Positions 46,296-60,300 of a stretch of 64,000 nt of DNA are shown in pieces. The translations under genes and the position numbers were made by a program. Below the pieces are notes generated by a model. The model was given only the letters and a program-made list of their open reading frames with translations. It ran no database searches and was not told the DNA's origin. How positions within the stretch are numbered: position 1 is the stretch's first letter; each line of letters opens with the position of its first letter. Source of the stretch: Spirochaetia bacterium (GTDB lineage: Bacteria > Spirochaetota > Spirochaetia > SZUA-6 > Bin103); the NCBI GenBank assembly GCA_965208575.1, contig CBDBOV010000006.1, forward strand, positions 1,056,001 through 1,120,000, given 5' to 3'.

Positions 46296-48221
46296 CTAGT
46301 CGGCGGTATGTCTTTGCAGAATGTGGACACCGAACCCTCTCGCCGGCAACGGGGTGAAGGCGTGCAGGTTGATCTCCGGGCGCTGCGTCGGATAGTGGAA
46401 CACGTCCAGTTGGGCGACCACCCCGAACCGGTCGGAGATCTTGTCCAGGTACTCGGGATCCGGCTCGCCGAACAGCACGATCCAGTCGGGTACGGTGCCC
46501 CGGACGGCAAGGTGCGAGCCCAGTCGCGCGATCGCCGCCGGCGGCAGGGGCGAGTCGTCGTGCAGGACGCAGCAATACAGCACGCGGTGGCCGGTGGTGA
46601 AGGTCAGCGCCTCGCGGTTGGAGAACCTCGGGACATAGACCAGGTCGTCCTGCTCTGCATGCTCGAGCAGATACTCGGAGACTACCTGAATGGAGTCGCG
46701 GTAGCGGCGGTGTATCTCCTGAACGAACAGTGGCAGGTGCAGCCCGAGCGTGCGCTCGCCGGTGTGAACCAGGGGCACGTTGAACGGCCACGCCCCGGCG
46801 CTGGACAGCAGCAGCACGGCCAGCGCCGCACCGCCGGCGATCCGCCATCGCCGCCACAGCCACTCGACGAACAGCCCCTTCATCGGCAGCAGCAGCGGCA
46901 GCGCGCCCATGTAGTAACGCAGGTCGGCTGCCCACACCGGTTGCGGGGAAAGTGCGGCGGAGAACAGCGCGAACAGCGCACCCGCGAGCACGATCCGCCC
47001 GACGGCCGCGGCCGGCACGTCGTCACGCCGCGCCGCGGGCGCCGCGCGGTCGCCGTGCTTCGCCGCCACGCGCGGCCGGGGGCCTCGCGCGCCTTTCGGC
47101 CGCCCGCCGCCGCGGGGGCGGGCCGCACGCGGGCGGCGCAGGTTGCCGATGAAGGGCCACGACAGCGTACCTGCGAACCATAGAAGCAGCGGCCACGAGA
47201 CCCAGTCCGCGGCAAACAGTGCGCGCGTGCCGTTGGCCAGGCGCAGGACAGGGGGCGGCACGGTTCCGCGGTACTCTTCCAGCCCGACCACCCCGGTATA
47301 GGCGGCAAAACCGCTGCGCTCGCCGCCCAGCAGCCCCACCCACCCGAGGTACGCGGCGCCGAGAACAACCACGATGCCTCCGCCCGCCGCCAGCGCCAGC
47401 CACTGCCGGGGCGTCGTCTCGCGCCCGCGGAACAGCAGGTGCCAGGCGGCGAGCGCCAGCATGGTGGCGGCGCCGCCGACGTAGTGGTTGAAGAACGCCA
47501 GCGCCGCCACCAGCGTCAGCCCGCCGAGCGCCCACGCGCGACCGCTTCGCCACCACGCTTCGTAGAGGCAGAACGCGGCGATCAGGGCAAGCGCCATGAA
47601 TGCGTAGTAGCGCGACTGCCGGAAGTACAGGAGCAGTTGCGGCGACCAGGCGGCGAACAGCACGCACAGGAGGATCAGCCTTGGATGGTGTCGCAGGTGC
47701 TGGCGGAGCAGCAGGTACAGCAGGACCAGCGACAGGACTCCGAACAGGGCGGGCGCGATGCGCGCGGAGGTCTCGTTGACGCCGAACAGGGCGAAGGACG
47801 CCGCGTTGACGGCGTACATCAGCGGCGGCAGCACGTCGCGCAGATCGTCGTTCAGGGTGCGCCCGTTGGTTCCGCCCACCAGGTTGCGGCCGTCCCAGCC
47901 GATGATGTCGCCCTGTTGCAGAAGGTTGCGCCCGATCAGCGCGGTCGGCGCCTCGTCATGCCACAGGGCGGCGTAGTCCAGGTTCGCGAGACAGAGGTAG
48001 GCGGCGACGGCCAGCACGGCCGCCGCCAGCACGGTGTGCGGCGCGTTGCGTGCGCGCGCAAGCAGGCCGGCCATCACCGGCGGTCGTTCGCCGCCTCCCT
48101 GAACGTCTCCCTGAACGTTGGCACCACCGCCGACACCCCACGGTGCGCAGCGCCGGGCGGTTTCCTGTTCCCATTGCCTCGGTTCCGCCGGTTCCGCCCT
48201 GCCGCACGCGCCCGCATGCAT
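46296..48221 (-). CDS. GT-C glycosyltransferase, PMT_2/ArnT-like
   Basis: LWHDEAPTA, PPLMY, FGVNETSAR, QSRYY; multi-TM; start 48221 or 48074. Confidence 0.8.
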   Translation of the reverse strand: MHAGACGRAEPAEPRQWEQETARRCAPWGVGGGANVQGDVQGGGERPPVMAGLLARARNAPHTVLAAAVLAVAAYLCLANLDYAALWHDEAPTALIGRNLLQQGDIIGWDGRNLVGGTNGRTLNDDLRDVLPPLMYAVNAASFALFGVNETSARIAPALFGVLSLVLLYLLLRQHLRHHPRLILLCVLFAAWSPQLLLYFRQSRYYAFMALALIAAFCLYEAWWRSGRAWALGGLTLVAALAFFNHYVGGAATMLALAAWHLLFRGRETTPRQWLALAAGGGIVVVLGAAYLGWVGLLGGERSGFAAYTGVVGLEEYRGTVPPPVLRLANGTRALFAADWVSWPLLLWFAGTLSWPFIGNLRRPRAARPRGGGRPKGARGPRPRVAAKHGDRAAPAARRDDVPAAAVGRIVLAGALFALFSAALSPQPVWAADLRYYMGALPLLLPMKGLFVEWLWRRWRIAGGAALAVLLLSSAGAWPFNVPLVHTGERTLGLHLPLFVQEIHRRYRDSIQVVSEYLLEHAEQDDLVYVPRFSNREALTFTTGHRVLYCCVLHDDSPLPPAAIARLGSHLAVRGTVPDWIVLFGEPDPEYLDKISDRFGVVAQLDVFHYPTQRPEINLHAFTPLPARGFGVHILQRHTAD

Positions 48222-48227
48222 GGAGGC

Positions 48228-48320
48228 ACTATAGCCGATCTTGCGTGGATCGTGCTCGTATGCCGTTTGTGGATACTTATAAATTATGTAAAATCACTAT
48301 ATTTTTATGAAAAGTGAACG
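48228..48320. promoter_or_regulatory. AT-rich divergent promoter region
   Basis: atacttataaattatgtaaaatcactatatttttatgaaaa in a very GC-rich context; TATAGT 6 nt before the minus-strand ATG at 48221. Confidence 0.6.
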
Positions 48321-51300
48321 CTCGTTAGTGTACCGTTCGATTTCGTGCGTGCGGAGGTGGCAAGACACGCCGCGACCCGATGTGCGCCTTGGTGGCCGCC
48401 CCGTCGTGCGGACGGGCGGCCTCGTGCGCACGGGCGCCCTTGCGCGCACCCTGTTCGTGGTCCTCATCAGTCTCGCGGCCGCACCGAGCGCTGTGGCGCA
48501 GCAGGCCGGGATCACGGTGGGCTGGGGGGCGGCCCACTACATAGCGGAGGAGGGCGGCCAACGGGCGGCGCTGGAGCTGCGCATGAGTGCGGCCCCCGGC
48601 CGCCAGGTCACAGTACACTTCGTGGTGGATCGCCGCGGGGGCGCGACCGCCGCCGACCACGACTACATCCCGTCCAGCGTCGTGTTCGAGCCCACCGATA
48701 CCGTCCGATGGATCGTGGTGCGAGCGGTCGACGACGACGAGGACGACGACGGCACGGACCACCTGCGCGAGCGCCTGCAGGTACACTTCGTCATTCTACC
48801 CCCGGACAGTGCAAGCTTTGTTTACGGCCACAGAACCGCGACGGTGGAGTTGCGCGACAACGACGGCGTGCGGCCGCCGACCGTCCCGCGCTTGCGCGCC
48901 GCCACACCCCTCGACGGCGCGGTGGAACTGCAGTGGGACGAAGGGCTGCACGGCGGCGTCCCCGCGTCGTTCCAACTCTTCATACAGGATGAGGGCACTG
49001 GCGGACAACAATGGTTCGTCACCGGCATCGCGGGTACGGCGCGCAGCATCACGGTGGGCACGGACCTCGCGGACATCGGCCGGGCGCTGGTCAACGGCAA
49101 CCGCCACCGGTTCGAGCTGCGCGCGAGGAACGCGGCGGGAGCGAGCGGCTGGGTTCGGGCCTTTGCCACGCCGAGCGCCATGCCGCCGGCCGCCGTGGGC
49201 GTGCGCTGGACGGAAGAAGACTACACAGCGTTCGAAGGGGGGCGCCCAGCCGTGGCGAGAGTGCGCTTGGACACCGCGCTCGACGACGACGTGACCATAC
49301 CGCTGTGGCACGCCTTCGAGGACCTCACGTCGCCCGCCGACGTCGTGCTCCCGGATCCGCTCAACATCACCATCGCGGCCGGTCAGAGGGACGCGACCCT
49401 GACCATAGCCGCGGTCGACGACGGCTTCCGCGAGCCCGAGGAAGCGGTCCAACTCTGGTTCTCCCAATTGCCGGAAGGCATCGCTTTCGAAGCCTCGACG
49501 GCGCGTCCCAATACCCGCATCCTGCTGAGGGACAACGACATCCGCCTGCGGGCCCGCTTCAAGGAACGTACCTACGAAGTGCGCGAAGGCGGCAGCGTGG
49601 ACGTGACCCTGCTCCTGGACCGGACCAATCCCGGCGTCCTGGGCACGTTGCACCTGAGTCGCGAGGACCGCCGTGGCGCGTCGGGTGCGGACCTGGTCGG
49701 CGTCCCGCCGTCCGTGACCTTCCTGCCACACGCCTCCACGCTGACCTTTACCCTGGAGGCGACCGACGATGACGTCGATGACGAACACGAATCGGTCAAC
49801 CTCCACCTGGTCGGTCCGTTTTCGCCCGCGGTGGGCGCCGGCACCCCAAGCACCGCCACGATCCGGATCATCGACAACGACGGTCCCGCCAAGGCGTCGT
49901 TCGACAAGCCTGTCTACACGGTGGCGGAGGGCGGCAGCGCGACCGTGCGGGTGCGGCTGACCCGGGCGCCCGGCGTTGCCGCGGAGGTGCGCCTGTGGAG
50001 CGGGCCGGCGGGCGGCGCGAGCGCGGCGGACTACGGCGGGATCCCGAGGAGCTTGACCTTCGGGCCGCGGCAGACGGAGGCGGCGTTCGTGGTGACGGCG
50101 GCGGTGGACGAGGTCGACGAGACCGGCGAGCAGGTCCACATGCACCTCGTGCGGCTGCAGGTCAATCCGGTCATCCTCGCGGGGACGCCGCGGTCGGCCG
50201 TGGTGCACTTGACCGACGTGCCGGTGACCGGGGTGAAGGTGGCGTACGAACGGGACAGCTACAGCGCGACGGAGGGCGGCGCCTCGGTGACCGTGGCGGT
50301 CGTGCTCGACCGGGCGCCGGGACGCCGGGTGACGGTGCCGCTGACACACACGGCGCAGGGGGGCGCCACCGCCGCCGACTACAACAGCAGCGCCATCCCC
50401 GCCACGGTCACGTTCGCGGCCACCGAGGTGCGCAAGACCTTCACCGTCAGCGCGACCGCCGACAATGTGTCGGAAACCGGCGAGCGGGTGCGGTTCACCT
50501 TCGCGGAACCGCATCGGCTTCCGCCGGGGGTGCTGGTGGGCACGCCGCCGGCGGCCACCGTGCACCTGACCGAGACGCCCCCGGCGGCGGTGTCGTACGA
50601 GCAGGACAGCTACACGGTGCAGGAGGGCGGCCCCGCGGTGGCGGTGGCGGTCGTGCTCGACCGCACGCCGGGGCGGACGGTCACCGTGAACCTGACCCGC
50701 GCCAACCAGGGCGCCACGTCCGACGCCGACTACCGCGGCGTGCCCGCCGGCGTCACGTTCGCGGCCACCGAGACGCGCAGGACGTTTTCGGTGACCGCGA
50801 CCGAAGACCGCGTCTACGAGACCGGCGAGTCGGTGCTGCTCGGGTTCGCGACGCTGCCGGCAGGGCTCAACGCCGGCGCCAGGCCGGAGACGACGCTGCA
50901 CCTGAGCGAGAATCGGGCGCCGGCGGTGCAGGTGGGGTTCGAGTACAACAGCTATACCGCGCAGGAGCCGCCGCAGGAGGTGGCCGCGGAGGTGGCCGTG
51001 GTCCTCGACCGTGCGCCGGGGCGCCCGGTCACCGTCAGCCTGACCCGGACCAACCAGGGCGGCGCCTCGGACGCCGACTATGGCGGCGTGCCTGCGAGCG
51101 TCGCCTTCGGGCCGGCGGACACCCGCAGCACCTTCCGGGTGACCGCAACACGCGATCAGCCCGATCCGGGCGAGTCGGTGCTGCTCGGGTTCGCCGCCAA
51201 CCTGCCGGCGGGCGTATCGGTGGACACGTGGCCGACGGCGCGGGTGCACCTGCGCGATTTCGACAGACGCAGCGACCCGACGACGACGGTGCGCTTCGAA

Positions 51301-54300
51301 CGCAACCGCTACGCGGCGGCCGAGGGCGGGGCCAAGGCGGTCGTGAGCGTGCTGCTCTCCCCACGGGTCCAGAGTCGAGTCACGGTTCCGTTGGCGGCCA
51401 GAAACCAGGGCGACACGGCGAACGCCGACTACGCCGGCGTACCGGCGAGCGTCACGTTCGCGGCAGGCGCGACGCGCCGCAGCTTCACGGTGACCGCGAG
51501 CGTGGACACCGACAGCCCGGAACCCGGCGAGGCGGTGCGGCTGGTGTTCGACAACCTGCCGTCGGGGGTGAACGCGACCACGCCGGGGGCAGCCACCGTG
51601 CACCTGATCGACGCCGCAACCACCTTGGCCGCGGTGCGCTTCGAGCGCGACAGCTACACGGCGCAGGAGGGCGGCCCGCCGGCCGTGGTGGCGGTGCTGC
51701 TCGACCAGGCGCCGGGACGCACGGTGACCGTGCCGCTGACCGCCAGCCACCACGGCGCCTCCACCGCGGACTACGGCGGCGTGCCGGCGAGCGTCACGTT
51801 TGGGGCGGCCGAGACCCGCAAGACGTTCACGGTCAACGCGACCCGCGACCTGACGGCCGAAAGCGGGGAACGGGTGACCCTCGCCTTCGGCGAGCTGCCG
51901 GTCGGCGTGGTCAGCGAGCGCCCTCGCCAAACCGTGGTGCACCTGATCGACGCCGCGACGACCGCCGTACGGGCGCGCTTCGAGCGCGACAGCTATACGG
52001 CGCAGGAGGGCGAGCCCGCCACACCGGTGGCGGTCGTGCTCGACCGGGCGCCGGGCCGCGCGGTCCAGGTGCGGGTGACCGCCACGCCGGAGGGCGGCGC
52101 GGCCGGCGCGGACTACCATGTAACACCCTCGGGCGGAAGACTGAACTTCGGCGCGAACGACACGCGCGCTACCATCAGCGTGCGCGCCGCCACCGACGCC
52201 GAGATGGAGACCGGCGAGCGGGTGCGGCTGGGCTTCGTCAACCTGCCCGCCGGCGTGAGCCCGGGCACCCCGGAGCAGGCGACGGTGCACCTGACCGACG
52301 CCGGCCTGACGCCGGTGAAGGTGTCATTCGAGCACAACCGTTACAGCGCGCGCGAGGGGGAAACGGGGACGGTAGTCACGGCGCGGCTCGACCGGGCGGC
52401 GGGGCGCTCGGTCACGGTGAACCTGAGCCGCCAAAACCTGGGCACCACCTCCGACGCCGACTACCGCGGCGTACCGGCAAGCCTCACCTTCGCGGCGACC
52501 GGCACCCATGCCCGGCTCACCTTTCAGGCGGTTCGCGACACGATCCACGACCCGAACGAGTCGGTGCGGCTCGACTTGACGATGCTGCCGGCCGGGGTGT
52601 CGCCGGGCAGGTGGCCGGCTACCCTCCTGCAGCTCGTCGACGTGAATACCAGGCAGGTGTGGGTGTCGTTCGCGAGAGACCGGTACACCGCCACCGAGGG
52701 CGAACCGGGAGCGCAGGTCCAGGTGATGCTCAACGAGCCCGCCGCGCGCGAGGTAGTGGTGCCATTGCTGAGCACCAACCTCGGGGGCGCGACCGACGCC
52801 GACTACACCAAGACGCCGGTCACCGTACCCGACCGGGTGACGTTCGCGGCGACCGAGTCTCGGCAAACCTTCACGGTGAGTGCGCGCGACGACGCCGTCC
52901 TGGAGAGCGGCGAGGAGGTGCGCTACGACTTCGGCGCCCTGCCGGGCGGCGTCGGCTTCGGCTCCCGGACCCGGACCACGGTGCAGTTGGCCGAGCAGTC
53001 GACGGTGACGGTACGGTTTGCTCGCGACAGCGCCACCGCGCATGAGGGCGGCGCGGGGGCGGTGGTTACGGTGCAGCTCGACCGGCCGCCGGGACGCACG
53101 GTCAGCGTAGCCTTGACCAGAACCAACCAGGGCGGCGCGACCGACGCCGACTACAACCACGCGGCCCTGCCGAGTTCCGTGACCTTCGCGGCCGCGGACA
53201 CGGCCCGGAGCTTCACGGTCACCGCGACCGCCGACGACACCTCCGCCGAGAGCGGCGAGTCGGTGCGCTTTCGGATCGGCGCGGGCCTGCCGGAGGGCGT
53301 CGTCCTCGGCAGTCCGGCGGAGACCACCGTGCACCTGACCGACGCCGGCACGCAGTCGCTGAAGGTGTCGTTCGAGCGCGACCGCTACGCGGCCGCGGAA
53401 GGTGGCACGGCGGTGGTGGTGGCGCACCTCGACCAGACGCCGGACCGCACCGTGCAGGTGGCGTTGACGGTGACGCGGGGGGAAGGCGTGACCAGCGGCG
53501 ACTACTCGGGCATACCGGCGACCATCAGCTTCGCGGCGGCGGGCGCCACGCGGCGGAGCTTCACGGTGCGCGCGGTCGCCGACGAGCTGGACGAGGGCAT
53601 CGAGTCGTTGCGGCTCGGCCTCTCGATGCTGCCGGCGGGAGTGTCGCCGGGGTCCCATCCGGCGGCGACGGTGTACCTGACGGACACGGACACGCCCCCG
53701 GTGCGCGTGTCGTTCGAGCAGGACAGCTACACCGCGCGCTTCGGCGGGCCGAACGCCGTGGTGGCTGTCGTGCTCGATCGGGCGCCCGGCCGTACGGTAT
53801 CGGTGCCGCTGACCGAGACGGCGCAGGGCCCGACGAAGTGGGCCACCCCCAGGTACCGCGGCGTGCCGGACAGCGTGACGTTCGGACCGAGCGAGCGGCG
53901 CAAGACGTTCACGGTCGCGGCCACCGGCAGCCGGTTCGACCGCGGCGACGGCGTGCTGGTGGGGTTCGGGACCCTGCCGCCGGCGGTGGAATCGCAACGG
54001 CACGAACAGACCGTCGTGCACCTGGTTGGTCGCACCGCCCAGTTGAGGTCCGTGCGCTTCGAACGCGACAGCTATACGGCGCGTGAGGGCGGGCCGAACG
54101 CCGTGGTGGCGGTGCTGCTGAATCCGGCGTCGTCGCTGCCCGTGGACGTAAGGTTGACCCGGACCGAGCAGGGTGCGGCTCCGGCCGACTACAGCGGCAT
54201 TCCGGACACGGTCCGGTTCACCGGCGGCGCCGGCCGGGTGCAGTTCACGGTAACCGCAACACCGGACACCGTCGCCGAGGGCGACGAGGCGGTGCACCTG

Positions 54301-57300
54301 GAGTTCGTGTCGCCGCCGGCAGGGGTATCGCGCGGCTCCCCGCCGGACACCATCGTCCACTTCACCGACGCGGACACGACATTGGTCCAGGTGCGCTTCG
54401 CGCGCTACAGCTACACGGCGGTCGAGGGCGGCGACGGGGTCGAGGTGGCGGCATTGCTCGACCAGGCGCCGGGGCGGACGGTGACGGTGCCGCTGACCAC
54501 CGACCATCACGAACGCACCGGCGCCGACGACTACCGGGGGGTGCCGGACTCCGTTACCTTCGGCACCGGCGATACCCGTGCGACGTTCACGGTGACTGCC
54601 ATCGCGGACAGCAGTCACGAGACCGGCGAGTGGGTGCGCATCGGGTTCGGGAGAATGCCCGGCGGCGTGACCCGCGGAACCCCGCCGCGCACCCTCGTCC
54701 ACCTGACCGACACCACGCCGCCGGCCGTGCAGGTGTCGGTGGCGGACACCACCGTCGAGGAGGGCGACGCGGCGCCGTTCACGGTGAGCCTGTCGCAGGC
54801 GGTGCCGGCCGCCGGCGTTACCGTACGGCTGCGCACGGCGCCGGCGGCGGCAGACTCGGCCACCGCGGGGACCGACTACGAGGAGGCGACCACGGCGGCG
54901 ACCATCGCCCCCGGGGCGACTGCGTTGACGATTTCGGTCATGACGACCGAGGATTCGCTGCTGGAGCCGAGCGAGACCTTCTCCGTCGCCCTGCAGGACG
55001 GCGTCCTGCCGCCCGGCGTATCCCTGAGCACGACCGACGCCGAGGCCACCGCCACGATTACCGACGACGACGTGGCGGCGGCGACCGTCACCGGCCCCGA
55101 TCCGCCCACCGTGGCGGAGGGGGGCGCGGCCGTGTTCACGGTGACGCTGAGCGGAGGCACGGCCGCGGCCGACGTGGAGGTGACCTACGAGACCGGGGGC
55201 ACGGCCACCCGCGGCGATGACTACACCTCCCCGTACACCGGCGCGAACGGGACGCTGACGATCGCGATCGGAGCGACAACCGCGGCGCTGACCGTGACGA
55301 CGCAAACCGACACGATCCTCGATCCGGGCGAGACGCTGGCGGTGGCGCTCACCGGCGCGGAGACAGCGGTAGGCGCGGCGAGCGTGGGCGACCCCGGCCG
55401 GGCGGAGGTAAGGATCACCGATCCGAACGAGGTGACGGTGGGTGTGAGCGCGGCGGACGATGCGGCCACCGAGGGCGAGCCGGTGAAATTCGAGGTGAGC
55501 CTGTCGCACCAGGTGGCGGCCGAGGTGAGCCTGGTGTGGAAAACGGAAACGCGCGAGGGCGATACGGCGACGGTCGGGACCGACTACGCGGCGGTGAGCG
55601 AGACGGCGCTGACGTTCGCGGCGGGGACGACGGAATTGACGCAAACGGTGTCGGTGGCGACCACGGACGATGCGCTGCTGGAAGCGGACGAGACGTTCAC
55701 GGTGGTGCTCGGCGAGATGGCGAGCGGATTGCCGTCCGGGGTGGTGCTGGACACGGACGCTAGCGAGGCGCAGGGGACGGTCGCGGACAACGACACCGTC
55801 GCGGCGGCGATCGCCGCCGTTGCGACCGAGGTGGCGGAGGGCGCCGACGCCGCGTTCACGGTGAGCCTGACCGGCGCCACCACCACGGGCGCGGTGGCGG
55901 TGACCTACCAGACCGGCGGCACCGCGACTTCGGGGGACGACTACACGGCGCCCGGCGGGACGCTGACAGTCGCCGCGGCGGCGGCCTCCGCCTCGCTGAC
56001 CGTCACGACTCTTGCGGACACGATTTTCGATCCCGGCGAGACCCTGAAGGTCACGCTCACCGGGGCGGCGACGACCGGAACGGCGAACGTCGCCGATCCG
56101 CCCGGCGACAGCGCGCAGGTCACGATCACCGACGACGACGAGGTGACCGTGAGCGTCAGCGCTCCGGACGACGCGGTCACCGAGGGCACCGCGGCGGAGT
56201 TCGACGTGAGCCTGTCGCAGCAGGTGGCGGCCGCGGTGACCGTGAACTGGGCCACCACCACGGCGACCGGCGACACCGCCACCGCCGCCACCGACTACGC
56301 CACCCAGGCCGCCACCACGCTGACCTTTGCCGCGGGCACCGACGACCTGACGCAGGCCGTGTCCGTGGCGACCACCGACGACACGGCGCGCGAGGATGGC
56401 GAGACGTTCACCGTAGTGCTGACCGAGACCGCGGGCGGTCTGCCGGACGGCGTGGACTTGCACGAAGACGACTACCAGGCGCAGGCCACCATCGCGGACA
56501 ATGACCCGGTGACCGCGAGCATCGCCGCCGACGCGAAGACCGTCGCGGAGGGGAGCGCGGCCGCGTTCACGGTCACGCTGAGCGGCGACATGGCGCCGGC
56601 GGCGGTGACGGTGACCTACCAGACCGGCGGCACCGCGACCTCGGGCGCCGACTACACCGCGCCGTACGGCGGCGACAGCGGCACGCTGACCATCGCCGCC
56701 GGGGACACGACCGGCGCACTGACCGTGACGACGCTGACCGACACCATTCTCGATCGGAACGAGACGCTGACGCTGACGCTGACCGGGGCGAGCACCACGG
56801 TGGGCGCGGCGAACGTCGCCGCTGCGCCCGGCAACAGCGCGCAGGTCACGATCACCGACGACGACACGGCGACCGTGAGCGTCAGCGCGCCGGACGACGA
56901 AGTGGACGAGGGCGACGCGGCGGAGTTCGAGGTGAGCCTGTCGCAGCAGGTGGCGGCCGCGGTGACCGTGAACTGGGCCACCACCACCGCGACCGGCGAC
57001 ACCGCCACCGCCGGCACCGACTACGCCACCGCGGCGGCCACCACGCTGACCTTCGCCGCGGGCACCGACGACCTGACGCAGACCGTGTCCGTGGCAACCA
57101 CCGAGGACACCCTGCTCGAGGCCGCCGAGACCTTCACCGTGGTGCTCACCGCGACCGCCGGCGGCCTGCCGGACGGCGTGCAACTGCACGCCGTCAACGA
57201 CGAAGCGAAGGCCACCATCGCCGACGACGACACCGCGACCGCGAGCATCGCCGCCGCCGCGAAGACCGTCGCGGAGGGAGGCGCCGCCGCGTTCACGATC

Positions 57301-60300
57301 ACGCTGAGCGATGCGACGACCTCGGCCGCGGCGGTGATCACCTACGGCACCGGCGGCACCGCGACCGCCGGGACCGATTACACGGCGCCGAGCGGGTCGC
57401 TGACGCTTACCGCCGGGGCGAGCACCGCCCCGCTGAGCATCGCCACCGCCGACGACGCGATTCTCGATCCCGGCGAGACCCTGCAGGTCACGCTCACCGG
57501 GGCAAGCACCACGGTGGGCGCGGCGCGCGTGGCCGCTTCGCCCGGCGACCGCGCGCAGGTGACGATCACCGACGGCGACAAGGTGACCGTGAGGGTCAGC
57601 GCGCCCGACGACGAAGTGGACGAGGGCGACGCGGCGGAGTTCGAGGTGAGCCTGTCGCAGCAGGTGGCGGCCGCGGTGACCGTGAACTGGGCCACCACCA
57701 CGGCGACCGGCGACACCGCCACCGCCGGCACCGACTACGCCACCGCGGCGGCCACCACGCTGACCTTTGCCGCGGGCACCGACGACCTGACGCAGACCGT
57801 GTCCGTGGCGACCACCGAGGACACCCTGCTCGAGGCCGACGAGACCTTCACCGTGGTGCTCACCGCAACCGCCGGCGGCCTGCCGGACGGCGTGCAACTG
57901 CACGCCGACAACGACGAAGCGCAGGCCACCATCGCCGACGACGACACCGCGACCGCGAGCATCGCCGCCGTCGCGAAGACCGTCGCGGAGGGAGGCGCCG
58001 CCGCGTTCACGGTCACGCTGAGCGGCGCCACCACCACGGCCGCGGCGGTGATCACCTACGGCACCGGCGGCACCGCGACCTCGGGGGACGACTATACGGC
58101 GCCGAGCGGGTCGCTGACGCTCACCGCCGGGGCGAGCACCGCCACGCTGAGCATCGCCACCGCCGACGACGCGATTCTCGATCCCGGCGAGACCCTGAAG
58201 GTCACGCTCACCGGGGCGGCGACGACCGGAACGGCGAACGTCGCCGATCCGCCCGGCGACAGCGCGCAGGTCACGATCACCGACGACGACGAGGTGACCG
58301 TGAGCGTCAGCGCTCCGGACGACGCGGTCACCGAGGGCACGGCGGCGGAGTTCGAGGTGAGCCTGTCGCAGCAGGTGGCGGCCGCGGTGACCGTGAACTG
58401 GGCCACCACCACGGCGACCGGCGACACCGCCACCGCCGCCACCGACTACACCCCCCAGGCGGCCACCACGCTGACCTTTGCCGCGGGCACCGACGACCTG
58501 ACGCAGACCGTGTCCGTGGCGACCACCGACGACACGGCGCGCGAGGATGGCGAGACGTTCACGGTGGTGCTGACCGCGACCGCGGGCGGCCTGCCGGACG
58601 GCGTGCAACTGCACGCCGACAACGACGAAGCGCAGGCCACCATCGCGGACAATGACCCGGTGACCGCGAGCATCGCCGCCGACGCGAAGACCGTCGCGGA
58701 GGGGAGCGCGGCCGCGTTCACGGTCACGCTGAGCGGCGACATGGCGCCGGCGGCGGTGACGGTGACCTACCAGACCGGCGGCACCGCGACCTCGGGCGCC
58801 GACTACACCGCGCCGTACGGCGGCGACAGCGGCACGCTGACCATTGCCGCCGGGGACACGACCGGCGCACTGACCGTGACGACGCTGACCGACACCATTC
58901 TCGATCGGAACGAGACGCTGTCGCTGACGCTGACCGGGGCGAGCACCACGGTGGGCGCGGCGAACGTCGCCGCTGCGCCCGGCAACAGCGCGCAGGTCAC
59001 GATCACCGACGGCGCCGACGTGACCGTGAGCGTCAGCGCGCCGGACGACGAAGTGGACGAGGGCGACGCGGCGGAGTTCGAGGTGAGCCTGTCGCAGCAG
59101 GTGGCGGCCGCGGTGACCGTGAACTGGGCCACCACCACCGCGACCGGCGACACCGCCACCGCCGCCACCGACTACGCCACCCAGGCCGCCACCACGCTGA
59201 CCTTCGCCGCGGGCACCGACGACCTGACGCAGACCGTGTCCGTGGCGACCACCGAGGACACCCTGCTCGAGGCCGACGAGACCTTCACCGTGGTGCTCAC
59301 CGCGACCGCCGGCGGCCTGCCGGACGGCGTGCAACTGCACGCCGTCAACGACGAAGCGCAGGCCACCATCGCCGACGACGACACCGCGACCGCGAGCATC
59401 GCCGCCGCCGCGAAGACCGTCGCGGAGGGAGGCGCCGCCGCGTTCACGATCACGCTGAACGATGCGACGACCTCGGCCGCGGCGGTGATCACCTACGGCA
59501 CCGGCGGCACCGCGACCTCGGGGGACGACTACACCGCGCCGAGCGGGTCGCTGACGCTCACCGCCGGGGCGAGCACCGCCACGCTGAGCATCGCCACCGC
59601 CGACGACGCGATTCTCGATCCCGACGAGACCCTGCAGGTCACGCTCACCGGGGCGAGCACCACGGCGGGCGCGGCGCGCGTGGCCGCTGCGCCCGGCAAC
59701 CGCGCGCAGGTGACGATCACCGACGACGACACGGTGACCGTGAGGGTCAGCGCGCCCGACGACGAAGTGGACGAGGGCGACGCGGCGGAGTTCGAGGTGA
59801 GCCTGTCGCAGCAGGTGGCGGCCGCGGTGACCGTGAACTGGGCCACCACCACCGCGACCGGCGACACCGCCACCGCCGCCACCGACTACGCCACCCAGGC
59901 GGCCACCACGCTGACCTTCGCCGCGGGCACCGACGACCTGACGCAGACCGTGTCCGTGGCAACCACCGAGGACACCCTGCTCGAGGCCGCCGAGACCTTC
60001 ACCGTGGTGCTCACCGCGACCGCCGGCGGCCTGCCGGACGGCGTGCAACTGCACGCCGTCAACGACGAAGCGAAGGCCACCATCGCCGACGACGACACCG
60101 CGACCGCGAGCATCGCCGCCGCCGCGAAGACCGTCGCGGAGGGAGGCGCCGCCGCGTTCACGATCACGCTGAACGATGCGACGACCTCGGCCGCGGCGGT
60201 GATCACCTACGGCACCGGCGGCACCGCGACCTCGGGGACCGACTACACGGCGCCGAGCGGGTCGCTGACGCTCACCGCCGGGGCGAGCACCGCCCCGCTG

